This document shows, one piece after another, positions 18,944 through 26,966 of a stretch of DNA of 64,000 nucleotides. A program made the translations under genes and the position numbers. Location: the NCBI GenBank assembly GCA_964636785.1, contig CAZWVK010000002.1, forward strand, positions 3,347 through 67,346. The letters run 5' to 3'. The stretch is from an uncultured Pseudobdellovibrionaceae bacterium (GTDB taxonomy: Bacteria > Bdellovibrionota > Bdellovibrionia > Bdellovibrionales > UBA1609). The notes under the pieces are model-generated. The model did no database searches and had not been told where the DNA came from. It saw only the letters and a list, made by a program, of their open reading frames with translations. Every line of letters begins with the position of its first letter. The first letter of the stretch is position 1.

Positions 18944-20664
18944 TGGCTTTTAGCGAGGCGAATACCGTCCTCGATATTCGATTCAAAGGGTTTGAATTCA
19001 TTCTTGAGCTCACGAGTGATCTTATCTTCAAGTTCTTTGTCATGGATCTGAATCGCAAGCTCTAAGATTTCTAAGCCCATAAGCCATGTTTTTTCAGGTA
19101 AACCATGAAACTCCAGCCAAAGGGAAGCGATCTGTTGGGAAGATGGCTTGGGATCTTTGGCCAACTCGTGCACTCGATTATAAAAGGAATGCTTTTTTAC
19201 TTGCGCTGGAGAGAAAGACTTGGTGGGAACTCTTTCCGCAACGAAATCTTCGATCTCACCGTAACTTTCACGATCTGCGGGTCCGCCAAAAACAGAAACA
19301 ACCTTCTCACCGCAGGCCAGATCAAAAGTCCCCCAGCTTGGATCGAAAAGGACTGTATTGCCTTGAGTGACGCTGCAATTTGAGAATGTCATCAATATAA
19401 AGCGGTCGTCCTTTTTCAACGACTTAACGAATGTGCCTTTGAGAAGAATCCCATTGGTAAATTCCAATTCAACGGATTTAGAAGGCTGAAGCGAAAGTGT
19501 TTCTGCTTCTGAGTCACTCAATAAGTGAAGGGGCTTTCCAAATGGACGCACTCGTCCCAGAGGCGATGAATATCCATGGCTGTGGTAATCTTTGTTATGT
19601 CCATCCAACTCGGTATCTTTGTAAGACAACTGAGTCGGCCCTGAAAATTTTAAAAATGAAATAGAATCCTCGGATTCCAAATCGAATCTCTCAAGAACTC
19701 CGGAGATCTGAAGACCCGAGTCAAGCTCCACTGAATTTACGGAATTTGCCTTTTTCGCCTGCTTTAATCCGTAAACCCCACCAATTCGAAACGATAAACG
19801 ATTGGCAAGATCATCAAGCACCTTATGGAGGTGTTGAAAATCAGGAGTTACAAACAATTGTGGTTGCGGTTCGGTGATATCATAGGAAACATCCACACAA
19901 GAAACATCCAAGGGGATCTTCTTGACGTGATCTTTTAGACAATCTCGACTCTCACCCAAAGACGAAAGCAGACCCGCACCATAAATTTTTGGATCAGATA
20001 GTGTTCCAATCAAACCATATTCAGCCGTCCACCAGTTCATTCGCGATAAAAGCGAGGCCTCTGAAACATGAGTCATGGCATCATTGATCTCAATCAGCTT
20101 CTTTTCTGCAGCTTCGATTTCCGCCGCAGTGGAATTTGGATTCTCTTTCTGGTCACTGAGCTTACGAATGGCTTCATACTGATCGAGATCTTCGCTTGAA
20201 ATGATCGATTTCTTTGCCACTTGCGCGTAGCTTTTTAAATACTCGGCATATTCCGGATCAATCAGAATAGGGGCGTGCCCAGCCGCCTCGTGAACAATAT
20301 CCGGAGCTGGCGTGTAAAGAAAATGATCAAGTGACCTCATGTCACAAGCAATGGGTAAAACACCGAGGGATTGAAACTCCATAAATGCGGCCGGTGGAAT
20401 AAATCCGCTCACTGGAACCGCTCCCCATTCAAACTTTTGTAAGAGTTCATCCATTTCAGAAATCTTTGGAATTCGATCTACAGAAATTCCGGTTTTCTTT
20501 AATCCTTCAACATAGCGAGGATGGGCCGCTCGACCTAGGAAATCCCTGAGCTGTCTTAGAAGGTATCTCCACGTTGCATGCTCTTCAGGGGTGTAGCGCT
20601 CGTAATTCTGAGCGACAACATATTTCTTAAGATGCGAGGGAAGAGTTGTTGCCGTAGAGCTCAT
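18940..20664 (-). CDS. Aromatic amino-acid hydroxylase (phenylalanine-4-hydroxylase-like), long form with an internal insertion and a C-terminal domain of about 280 aa
   Basis: Iron ligands in VHEAAGHAP and WWTAEYGLIG. Start ATG 20664 forms an ATGA overlap with the hldD stop. 574 aa, against roughly 270-300 aa for typical bacterial PAH. Confidence 0.7.
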   Translation of the reverse strand: MSSTATTLPSHLKKYVVAQNYERYTPEEHATWRYLLRQLRDFLGRAAHPRYVEGLKKTGISVDRIPKISEMDELLQKFEWGAVPVSGFIPPAAFMEFQSLGVLPIACDMRSLDHFLYTPAPDIVHEAAGHAPILIDPEYAEYLKSYAQVAKKSIISSEDLDQYEAIRKLSDQKENPNSTAAEIEAAEKKLIEINDAMTHVSEASLLSRMNWWTAEYGLIGTLSDPKIYGAGLLSSLGESRDCLKDHVKKIPLDVSCVDVSYDITEPQPQLFVTPDFQHLHKVLDDLANRLSFRIGGVYGLKQAKKANSVNSVELDSGLQISGVLERFDLESEDSISFLKFSGPTQLSYKDTELDGHNKDYHSHGYSSPLGRVRPFGKPLHLLSDSEAETLSLQPSKSVELEFTNGILLKGTFVKSLKKDDRFILMTFSNCSVTQGNTVLFDPSWGTFDLACGEKVVSVFGGPADRESYGEIEDFVAERVPTKSFSPAQVKKHSFYNRVHELAKDPKPSSQQIASLWLEFHGLPEKTWLMGLEILELAIQIHDKELEDKITRELKNEFKPFESNIEDGIRLAKSQ

Positions 20665-21635
20665 AATATCTTTAAACCTGGAATCAAATAGTTGATAAAA
20701 TAATCCTGAACACCTCGGCTCACATCCCATTCGGGCTGCGACAGGCCTTCAGAAAATAATTTATCCATCTTAGCTTCAGTAAAATACTGATACTGATTGC
20801 GGATATTTTCCGGAATATCAATCCAATCAATTTCCATTGGCTTATTCATTGCTTTAAAGGCCGGAGCTGCAAGATCAAGCCAGGTGTGAGCTTTTCCAAA
20901 CCCCATATTGTAAATGCCACTTTGAACTTCCGGTTTTTCCATCAGCTCAGAGATCCATCTTGTAATATCCTTCACATATACAAAATCTCGCAACTGCTTG
21001 CCATCCTCATAGTCCGGGCGATGAGAGCGAAACAATTTAAGTGATCCAGTCTCTTTGATCTGATGAAACGCTTTGAACGCAAGGCTTGCCATCGATTGTT
21101 TAAAGTATTCATTTGGACCGTACACGTTAAAGAATCTCAGTCCATACCAAACCGGTGGTGTTTTCGTTTGTTGCTCCGCCCAGATATCGAAATTTAATTT
21201 TGACCATCCATAAGGATTTAACGGAGTAAATCCCTCACTTGGGATCTGATCGCTGAATCCACGCTCACCCGATCCATAAACAGCGCCGCTGCTTGCATAT
21301 ATAAATGGAATCTCTTTTTCCGTACAAAACTGGAAAAGTTTTTTCGTGTATTCCGTGTTATTCTCTTTTAAAAACTCCACGTCCATTTCAGTCGTATCCG
21401 AGCAGGCGCCCATATGAATGACCCCAACCACAGATTTCGCGATGGAAGAGTCTTCCAACGCTTCAAAGAGCTCATTCGTGTGTAGAAACCTGGAATAAGT
21501 CTTACCCTTCACAAGATCGAATCGATCATTGGGAAGAATGGAATCGGTGAGAAGAAGATCCAAAATCCCTTTTCGATTGAGTTCAGAAAGAAGTGCACTT
21601 CCAATAAAACCGTTGGCGCCAGTTAGAATCCACAT
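20661..21635 (-). CDS. hldD: ADP-L-glycero-D-manno-heptose 6-epimerase
   Basis: TGANGFIGS Rossmann motif, ASSGAVYG, YGWSKL, RFFNVYGPNE. Collinear with E. coli HldD over the full length. Confidence 0.88.
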   Translation of the reverse strand: MWILTGANGFIGSALLSELNRKGILDLLLTDSILPNDRFDLVKGKTYSRFLHTNELFEALEDSSIAKSVVGVIHMGACSDTTEMDVEFLKENNTEYTKKLFQFCTEKEIPFIYASSGAVYGSGERGFSDQIPSEGFTPLNPYGWSKLNFDIWAEQQTKTPPVWYGLRFFNVYGPNEYFKQSMASLAFKAFHQIKETGSLKLFRSHRPDYEDGKQLRDFVYVKDITRWISELMEKPEVQSGIYNMGFGKAHTWLDLAAPAFKAMNKPMEIDWIDIPENIRNQYQYFTEAKMDKLFSEGLSQPEWDVSRGVQDYFINYLIPGLKIL

Positions 21636-21677
21636 GACTTGGTTGTAATGAATTAAGCAGAGGTCGCCAAGCCTTTT

Positions 21678-23501
21678 TTAGATGTCTTCGTTGTGTTCCT
21701 GGAGCACTAAAAGCAGCGTCTCCATTAGTTTTGGAGGAGGCGCAGCTGTTGGGCCGGGCGTCGAATTGGATTGATAATCAGGATTTAGTGTCTGGTAATC
21801 GATAAATTCCTCAATGACCGCCTGAATTTTTGAAGAATCTGAAATTTTCCTGTCATAATCAAGAATTTCGCTAACCACACCAATCAGTGCATTGCCGGTC
21901 GCACGATCTTCTCTGTTTATGAGGTTTGAGCGCTCGGAAATCACTTTCAGCAGATCTTTTCTATTTTCCACGACACTCACTGAATCGATCACAGTTTGAT
22001 AAAGATTTAGCCAACGATTGATTTTCTTTTTCAGTCGATTGGACATCTTTCGATCTTTAGGTGCTGCAGTCTGAGCGATCACCAGCTTAAAAAAGGCTCT
22101 TTCATTAAGCGCATTTTTTGTGAGTAAACTCTTTGGCACTTCTGCCATTGCAGAGCGCAAGTTTAATATCGCTGGGCGGTTGAGTCCGTCTGGGACACGC
22201 TGCATTTTTCGATAAGTTTTAATCTTCTCCAAGTCGGTGTGAACGGCATAGAGTTTTTGAATCAAACCCTTATGCTTTTGAAGAAGAATTCGCTGATAGT
22301 TTTTGGGAAATCCAAGCTGCCATACAAAGCGCTCTAAAAGAAAGCTGTGAAATTGCTCATCAAACACTTTTAAAGCCGAGTGCTTTTTAAAGTGATTGAG
22401 CGCCTTTTTCTCTTTTGTTTCTAAAAAGTCCACCATCTGCGCGAAAACCTGAACCATGAGTCGAGCTTTTTGCTTTTGTTCATTGAGATTTGTGGAATAA
22501 CGATCGACATCATCATAACGGTACTGATCATGCCTCAAGCCAAACTGGCGAACGCTTCCGTAATCAATAATCCCAGCATCGGCCAGGACATTGTCACCAT
22601 CCCAATCCAGCCATGCAAAAACATAATCTCGCTCCATATAGGCGGCAAATTTCGCAAAGTCAGATGTGATTCGCTCGAGCATTTTTTGATACTTTTGTGA
22701 AGAGCGCGGTGAGATGGACCATGCCTTGTTATCAACTTGCCTTTGGATCAAAAAATCGGTCGCTCGCTTTAACGAATCGAACTTTCCCTGTTTTAGGTAA
22801 AGAAAAAGATGGGCAGGGCGGAGAAGATTTTTGCCGGCACGAACTCCGATGCCGACTCCTTTGCCAAGATCGATCACAGTCAAAACTCGCTCGGTGTTGT
22901 AACCTTGACGATGAAAAACTTCCGATAAAAGCGCCGCTGAATACAGTTCATCAATCTCCGCGAGTCCGCAGCTGTAACCAAAATCCTCACATCCTGATGG
23001 CAGTGGACGGCCGGCTTTTACCACACCAGGTGCAAGAGCAGTCACTCCGGTTCCACGGCTGGATACATCCCAAATTCCAGACCTTGAGTGCCAAGCTCCG
23101 TTCCATATGCCGCGTCCATCTCCGCTTGTTCGTCCGGTTTTATCCGGATGCTGAAGTTGAAGATAGCGAGTGGCCATAAATTTGTTTTCCTTCATTTCAC
23201 TCTTTGGAAACTTTGTTCCTTTTTCCTGGTCGTATTCGTTTACTATACGAAGGCAAAAGGCATCGAGGAGTTTCTTTTCAAGACGTTTATTCAGGCGATG
23301 AGGATGATCTTTTTCGATCAAACCCATTTCTTTAGCCAAGTGAAAATTGAAATAAGTGACTCTTCCGTTCTTGAGTTTTCGTGTGGGATAAAGGATGGAG
23401 CCTTCTGGAACAGATTCAGTCCACGGATGTGTGCCATCCAGGTGATCAAAGCTGTCGTAAGTCTCTGCCGATGTTGTGGCTTTTTTCTTTGTCCATTTCA
23501 T
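21678..23501 (-). CDS. selO: SelO/YdiU-family (UPF0061) pseudokinase-fold protein nucleotidyltransferase-like
   Basis: N-terminal YFNFHLAKEMGL (compare YdiU WYNDKLAQQLAI). TSGDGRGIWNG...WDVSSRGTGVT (compare GDGRGILLGE...WHLKGAGLT). 607 aa with an extended C-terminus. Confidence 0.65.
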   Translation of the reverse strand: MKWTKKKATTSAETYDSFDHLDGTHPWTESVPEGSILYPTRKLKNGRVTYFNFHLAKEMGLIEKDHPHRLNKRLEKKLLDAFCLRIVNEYDQEKGTKFPKSEMKENKFMATRYLQLQHPDKTGRTSGDGRGIWNGAWHSRSGIWDVSSRGTGVTALAPGVVKAGRPLPSGCEDFGYSCGLAEIDELYSAALLSEVFHRQGYNTERVLTVIDLGKGVGIGVRAGKNLLRPAHLFLYLKQGKFDSLKRATDFLIQRQVDNKAWSISPRSSQKYQKMLERITSDFAKFAAYMERDYVFAWLDWDGDNVLADAGIIDYGSVRQFGLRHDQYRYDDVDRYSTNLNEQKQKARLMVQVFAQMVDFLETKEKKALNHFKKHSALKVFDEQFHSFLLERFVWQLGFPKNYQRILLQKHKGLIQKLYAVHTDLEKIKTYRKMQRVPDGLNRPAILNLRSAMAEVPKSLLTKNALNERAFFKLVIAQTAAPKDRKMSNRLKKKINRWLNLYQTVIDSVSVVENRKDLLKVISERSNLINREDRATGNALIGVVSEILDYDRKISDSSKIQAVIEEFIDYQTLNPDYQSNSTPGPTAAPPPKLMETLLLVLQEHNEDI

Positions 23502-23529
23502 CTTTATATATATTCATCGGTGTCTCTCT

Positions 23530-24654
23530 TTAAGACTTGAGGCGAACTGGACAAAAGCCGCCATTTGGCGTCGAGAAATTGGTCACTTGCCCCTGATAAA
23601 GGCGTGCTGTCACGAACTGAATTTCGTCTTTGAATGCAAAACAACGAATATCGAATTTCCATTCCTGCCACTTTTGTGGTGGGAAGTACTCCTGAATCAT
23701 CGGATCCTCTTTGATGATTCGATCGAAAACTTTGTGACTAAGTGATTGGCCGCGATAAACAGACTTTCCGCCAAAAGACATTTTAGGTTTAAAGAAAAAC
23801 TTCTTACGCTTCTTCCACAGTTCATCTGCGTCTTGAAAATCCTTGAACTCATAAGCTTGTAGCAAGACATCTTGAATAGATTGAGGCAGGCTTTCGCGAG
23901 AGGCTTGAAGTTCTAACAGGCGATTTTTGTCAGCTAAAAGATCATATTCCTTGGGCTGAGGACTAACCACAGCATAGTTTTTGGACCAAGCCTCATTGAG
24001 CGCCTGGTGATCAGGAGCGGTGAGGAAAAAATCCGTGGTCCGATTGTATACGAAGTTCACACGAGTCCCGGTGGGAGTCCTAAGAGTTTCATTTTCAATT
24101 CTTAAATCTTTGGCTTCGCAGATCTCTGCAGTCCAGCCGAACTGCTCGAAGAGTTCTTTGTACAAGTAAAACTCGATAAGCATTTTCTGTTGCATGACTT
24201 GATCGTCAACAATGGCAATGCTTGGACTTTCTGTTTGATCGCCAAATTCAGCAAGGAAAGAATATTTTAAACTTTTAATCTCAGGTCGCTCTAGAAAGTC
24301 GATCTCTTCTCTGAGCGACGTTCCTAAGCTTCCAATCAGATATCCTGAAGCATTGGTATTGATTTCAATCAGTTTTGCTTCGCCATCCTCGTTGGTATGA
24401 AAGTCGTAGGACATTAAAACGGAGTGGTTTTGAGTTTTATAAGAGTGCGGTCGGCTACGGCTCCACTTGAAAATCTCTTTAACGGCCTCATTCATTCGCT
24501 CAATGCTTTTTGGGGATATTTCCAACTCGAAGGGTGAGATCAGATGATCCCAGCTCACATTCAATTTTTTTTGCTCGACAAGTTCGGCGGTCTTGGGAAA
24601 GGAGAGCTGAAATTTTTCTTTTAGCTGAGCGAAGATGTCTTTCGTGTTCGTCAT
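23530..24654 (-). CDS. Eukaryote-type glutathione-synthetase-like (permuted ATP-grasp) ligase, shortened
   Basis: LMSYDFHTNEDGEAKLIEINTNASGYLIGSL parallels human GSS SDYMF...LKQIEINTISASFGGL. FFFKPKMSFGGKSVYRG parallels FVLKPQREGGGNNLYGE. Start ATG 24654 has AAGGAG upstream. Confidence 0.5.
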   Translation of the reverse strand: MTNTKDIFAQLKEKFQLSFPKTAELVEQKKLNVSWDHLISPFELEISPKSIERMNEAVKEIFKWSRSRPHSYKTQNHSVLMSYDFHTNEDGEAKLIEINTNASGYLIGSLGTSLREEIDFLERPEIKSLKYSFLAEFGDQTESPSIAIVDDQVMQQKMLIEFYLYKELFEQFGWTAEICEAKDLRIENETLRTPTGTRVNFVYNRTTDFFLTAPDHQALNEAWSKNYAVVSPQPKEYDLLADKNRLLELQASRESLPQSIQDVLLQAYEFKDFQDADELWKKRKKFFFKPKMSFGGKSVYRGQSLSHKVFDRIIKEDPMIQEYFPPQKWQEWKFDIRCFAFKDEIQFVTARLYQGQVTNFSTPNGGFCPVRLKS

Positions 24655-24711
24655 AAAAAAAGCGCTCCTTTGATTAAAAGAAGCGCTTTTGAAAAACAAA
24701 TCAATACAAAA

Positions 24712-25236
24712 TTACTTGGCTTGAACAAAATCAGAACCAGGTTTCCACCCGGCGCCGCAAAGCTCTCCGGACTTGAGACCTTCCACAACACGAAGAATTT
24801 CTTGAGCATCACGTCCAACGTTTAAGTTGTGAATTCCCATGTACTGAATCTTTCCTTCTGGATCGATAACAAAAGTTCCACGAGTGGCAATCCCTTGATC
24901 TTCAAGTAACACGCCGTAATCGCGGCTTACGCGACGAGTGACATCTCCGATCAGCGGATAGCCAAGGTTTCCAAGATCATCTTTGATCCAACGCTTGTGA
25001 GAGTGAACAGAGTCCACACTGCATCCGATCACTTCAGCACCAGCTTTTTTAAAGCTCTCTAGGTGGTCACGAAACTGAGTGATTTCAGTTGGGCAAACAA
25101 AGGTGAAATCCAGTGGGTAGAAAAAGAGCACCACATATTTGCCTTTGTAATCGGCAAGATTGATCTCTTTAAAATCTCCGCCATCGACGACAGCTTGAGC
25201 GACAAATTGAGGAGCGGGTTGTCCAATCATCGGCAT
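24712..25236 (-). CDS. Typical 2-Cys peroxiredoxin (AhpC/Tsa family)
   Basis: Peroxidatic Cys in DFTFVCPTE, resolving Cys in ELCGAGWKPG. Start refined to ATG 25236 (GGGAG upstream); the tracked ORF runs 78 nt further. Confidence 0.92.
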   Translation of the reverse strand: MPMIGQPAPQFVAQAVVDGGDFKEINLADYKGKYVVLFFYPLDFTFVCPTEITQFRDHLESFKKAGAEVIGCSVDSVHSHKRWIKDDLGNLGYPLIGDVTRRVSRDYGVLLEDQGIATRGTFVIDPEGKIQYMGIHNLNVGRDAQEILRVVEGLKSGELCGAGWKPGSDFVQAK

Positions 25237-25337
25237 TTTAAAACTCCCTTTTTTAAGTTTACGGTTTGATAAGTTTATTGAGGTGCCATACTTTGGGCAC
25301 TTCATCAAGGCCACTGGGGTCTAAAGAAGGATAATCG

Positions 25338-26102
25338 ATGAGGATTTGCACTTGGAATGTGAATGGAATTCGCGCTTGCTCGCAAAAGGGCTTTTTTGAT
25401 TTTTGGGAGAGCGCAGATGTAGATATTTTATGTCTACAGGAAACGAAAGCTCACCCCGAGCAACTCACGCCCGACATCGTCTCTCCGCTTGGATGGCAGG
25501 CCTATTGGTCCTCCGCACAGCGAAGAGGGTACTCGGGCACAGTCGTGTACACCAAAGAGACGCCGAAGGATGTGAGTTATGGGATTGGAATCCGAAAGTT
25601 TGACACAGAGGGACGATTTGTCATCTGTGATTACGGGGATTTTATTCTCTTTAATATTTATTTCCCCAATGGATCTGCGCGGGAAGAGCGTCATCTCTTT
25701 AAGCAAGAGTTCCTTAAAAGATTAAATTTTCATTTAAAAGGTCTGATTCGACAGGGCCGCGAAATCATTGTCGTTGGTGATTACAATGTGGCCTATATGG
25801 ACATCGATGTTTTTGATCCTGTCCGATTGAGTACGGTGAGTGGCTTTCTTCCTGAAGAGCGAAAGTGGTTTCGTGAATTTCTGGATCTGGGGTTTATAGA
25901 TGGCTTTCGGCATTTTCATCCAGATGAGGCGGGCAAATACACCTGGTGGTCCTATAAGGAAAATGCTCGCATCGGAAATCGCGGTTGGCGCATCGATCAC
26001 ATCTGTATGACCAAAGGCCTGCTTCCACGTTTAAAAAACGTCGAGATTTTGCAGGACCAACTCGGTTCCGATCACTGCCCCGTCCTCGCTACTTTCTCCT
26101 AA
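25338..26102 (+). CDS. xth: Exodeoxyribonuclease III
   Basis: MRICTWNVNGIRA, LCLQETK, GDYNVA, WRIDH, SDHCPV motifs of the EEP AP-endonuclease family. Confidence 0.92.
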   Translation: MRICTWNVNGIRACSQKGFFDFWESADVDILCLQETKAHPEQLTPDIVSPLGWQAYWSSAQRRGYSGTVVYTKETPKDVSYGIGIRKFDTEGRFVICDYGDFILFNIYFPNGSAREERHLFKQEFLKRLNFHLKGLIRQGREIIVVGDYNVAYMDIDVFDPVRLSTVSGFLPEERKWFREFLDLGFIDGFRHFHPDEAGKYTWWSYKENARIGNRGWRIDHICMTKGLLPRLKNVEILQDQLGSDHCPVLATFS

Positions 26103-26103
26103 C

Positions 26104-26179
26104 GGGTACCTGCTTCCTTTCTTGATATGCAGTGCGCATTTCATGCCGCGCCGCATATCAAGAAAGGAAGCAGGCACCT
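26104..26179. repeat. Long inverted repeat / hairpin: 22-bp perfect stem with a 22-nt loop
   Basis: 26109-26130 cctgcttcctttcttgatatgc is the exact reverse complement of 26153-26174. Flanking bases extend the stem imperfectly. Begins 2 nt after the xth stop. No T-tract on either side. Confidence 0.85.
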
Positions 26180-26399
26180 TCCAGACGTTGGTCTAGGGCT
26201 TTATTAGGGGCGAATTAAGGTTTTGTCAGAGAATGTAGCAATAGGTTTACTTCTCGAAAAATCTCCCTGGCCTTTAGTTTGTCTCTCGACATGCCGATAC
26301 GGTTCTTCAGTTCTTGAGTCTGCCTATAAAGCTTTGTGCGCGACGCGCCATCTGTAAGATGGTTTAAGATTTTTGCTTGCAAAATTTATAGGGGTGATG

Positions 26400-26568
26400 T
26401 GTAAATAATTCAGTTCCAAATTGGCACTGCCAAGGGGGGACTAGGCTCAGGGAACGAGCGTTGGGGCGATGGATTGTGCTCCTAGTCATGGCTGTGTTGG
26501 GGGGACTCGTCGTTCGACAAAGTCGTGGCTTCAAATGCTCGACCCAAGGATGCGGGTCCCGTTTTTTC
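26400..26568 (+). ncRNA. Candidate small RNA or 5' leader upstream of the dksA-like gene (unclassified)
   Basis: G-rich, non-coding-looking segment. Hairpins: ttggc-act-gccaa at 26421-26433, and gactagg 26440-26446 pairing with cctagtc 26481-26487. GGGGGGACT occurs twice, 65 nt apart (26434 and 26499). Weak terminator-like gaccc-N8-gggtc followed by ccgTTTTTT at 26541-26567. Confidence 0.25.
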
Positions 26569-26594
26569 TGGGCTCAAATAAGGAGGGGGAGACA

Positions 26595-26966
26595 ATGGCC
26601 TCAAATAACAATCTAATCGATCAGTGCAAAGAGAAGCTCGTTTCTGCTAAAGCGGAAATTCTAAATCGTGTACGCGAGTCTCGTTTGGATCTCTATAATA
26701 ATGATGATGGTAAAGGCGGGGACGAAGGTGACCAAACTGTTCGCGCTCTTCAAGAGAGTGAGTTCCTTAGCATGCACGAACGTCTTCGCAGACAGCTTAT
26801 GGAAATCGAAATGGCGTTAGGCCGAATTGAAAATGGCACTTACGGAATTTGCGAAGAGACAGAAGAGCCCATTGAAACTGAGCGGCTTCTTGCAATTCCT
26901 TGGACTCGCCTAAGCATCGAGGGTGCTGAGCTTCGCGAATCCCTGGGAAAACGCTTCGCTCGTTAA
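26595..26966 (+). CDS. DksA/TraR-family regulator, Zn-finger-less (DksA2-like)
   Basis: ATG 26595 preceded by AGGAGG. Coiled-coil tip GDEGDQTVRA (DxxDxT, close to the DxxDxA motif). C-terminus is CEET-x17-SIEG where CxxC-x17-CxxC is expected. The tracked ORF extends 126 nt upstream, into the G-rich leader. Confidence 0.75.
   Translation: MASNNNLIDQCKEKLVSAKAEILNRVRESRLDLYNNDDGKGGDEGDQTVRALQESEFLSMHERLRRQLMEIEMALGRIENGTYGICEETEEPIETERLLAIPWTRLSIEGAELRESLGKRFAR

Noticed and set aside
25237-25314. N-terminal 26-codon extension of the peroxiredoxin ORF
   Set aside because: Peroxiredoxin homology begins at MPMIGQPAP, which has its own RBS.
26153-26176. GAAAGGAAGCAGG in the hairpin arm resembles the SRP RNA domain IV motif GGAAGCAGCC
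   Set aside because: The helix is a perfect 22-bp duplex. It lacks the internal loops and GNRA tetraloop of 4.5S/SRP RNA, and the rest of the conserved sequence is absent.
26422-26437. TGGCAC resembling a sigma-54 -24 element
   Set aside because: The -12 element is missing. TGGCAC-N5 is followed by AGGG, not TTGC.
26464-26568. GGGGCGA... start reminiscent of a tmRNA 5' end
   Set aside because: There is no GGATTCGAC-like segment, no tRNA-like 3' end (T-loop, CCA-adjacent acceptor) and no tag reading frame. The region is also far too short.
26469-26594. Upstream in-frame extension of the dksA-like ORF (MDCAPSHGCVGG...)
   Set aside because: A strong AGGAGG sits directly before ATG 26595. The extension covers the G-rich hairpin and T-tract region and adds no DksA-like sequence.
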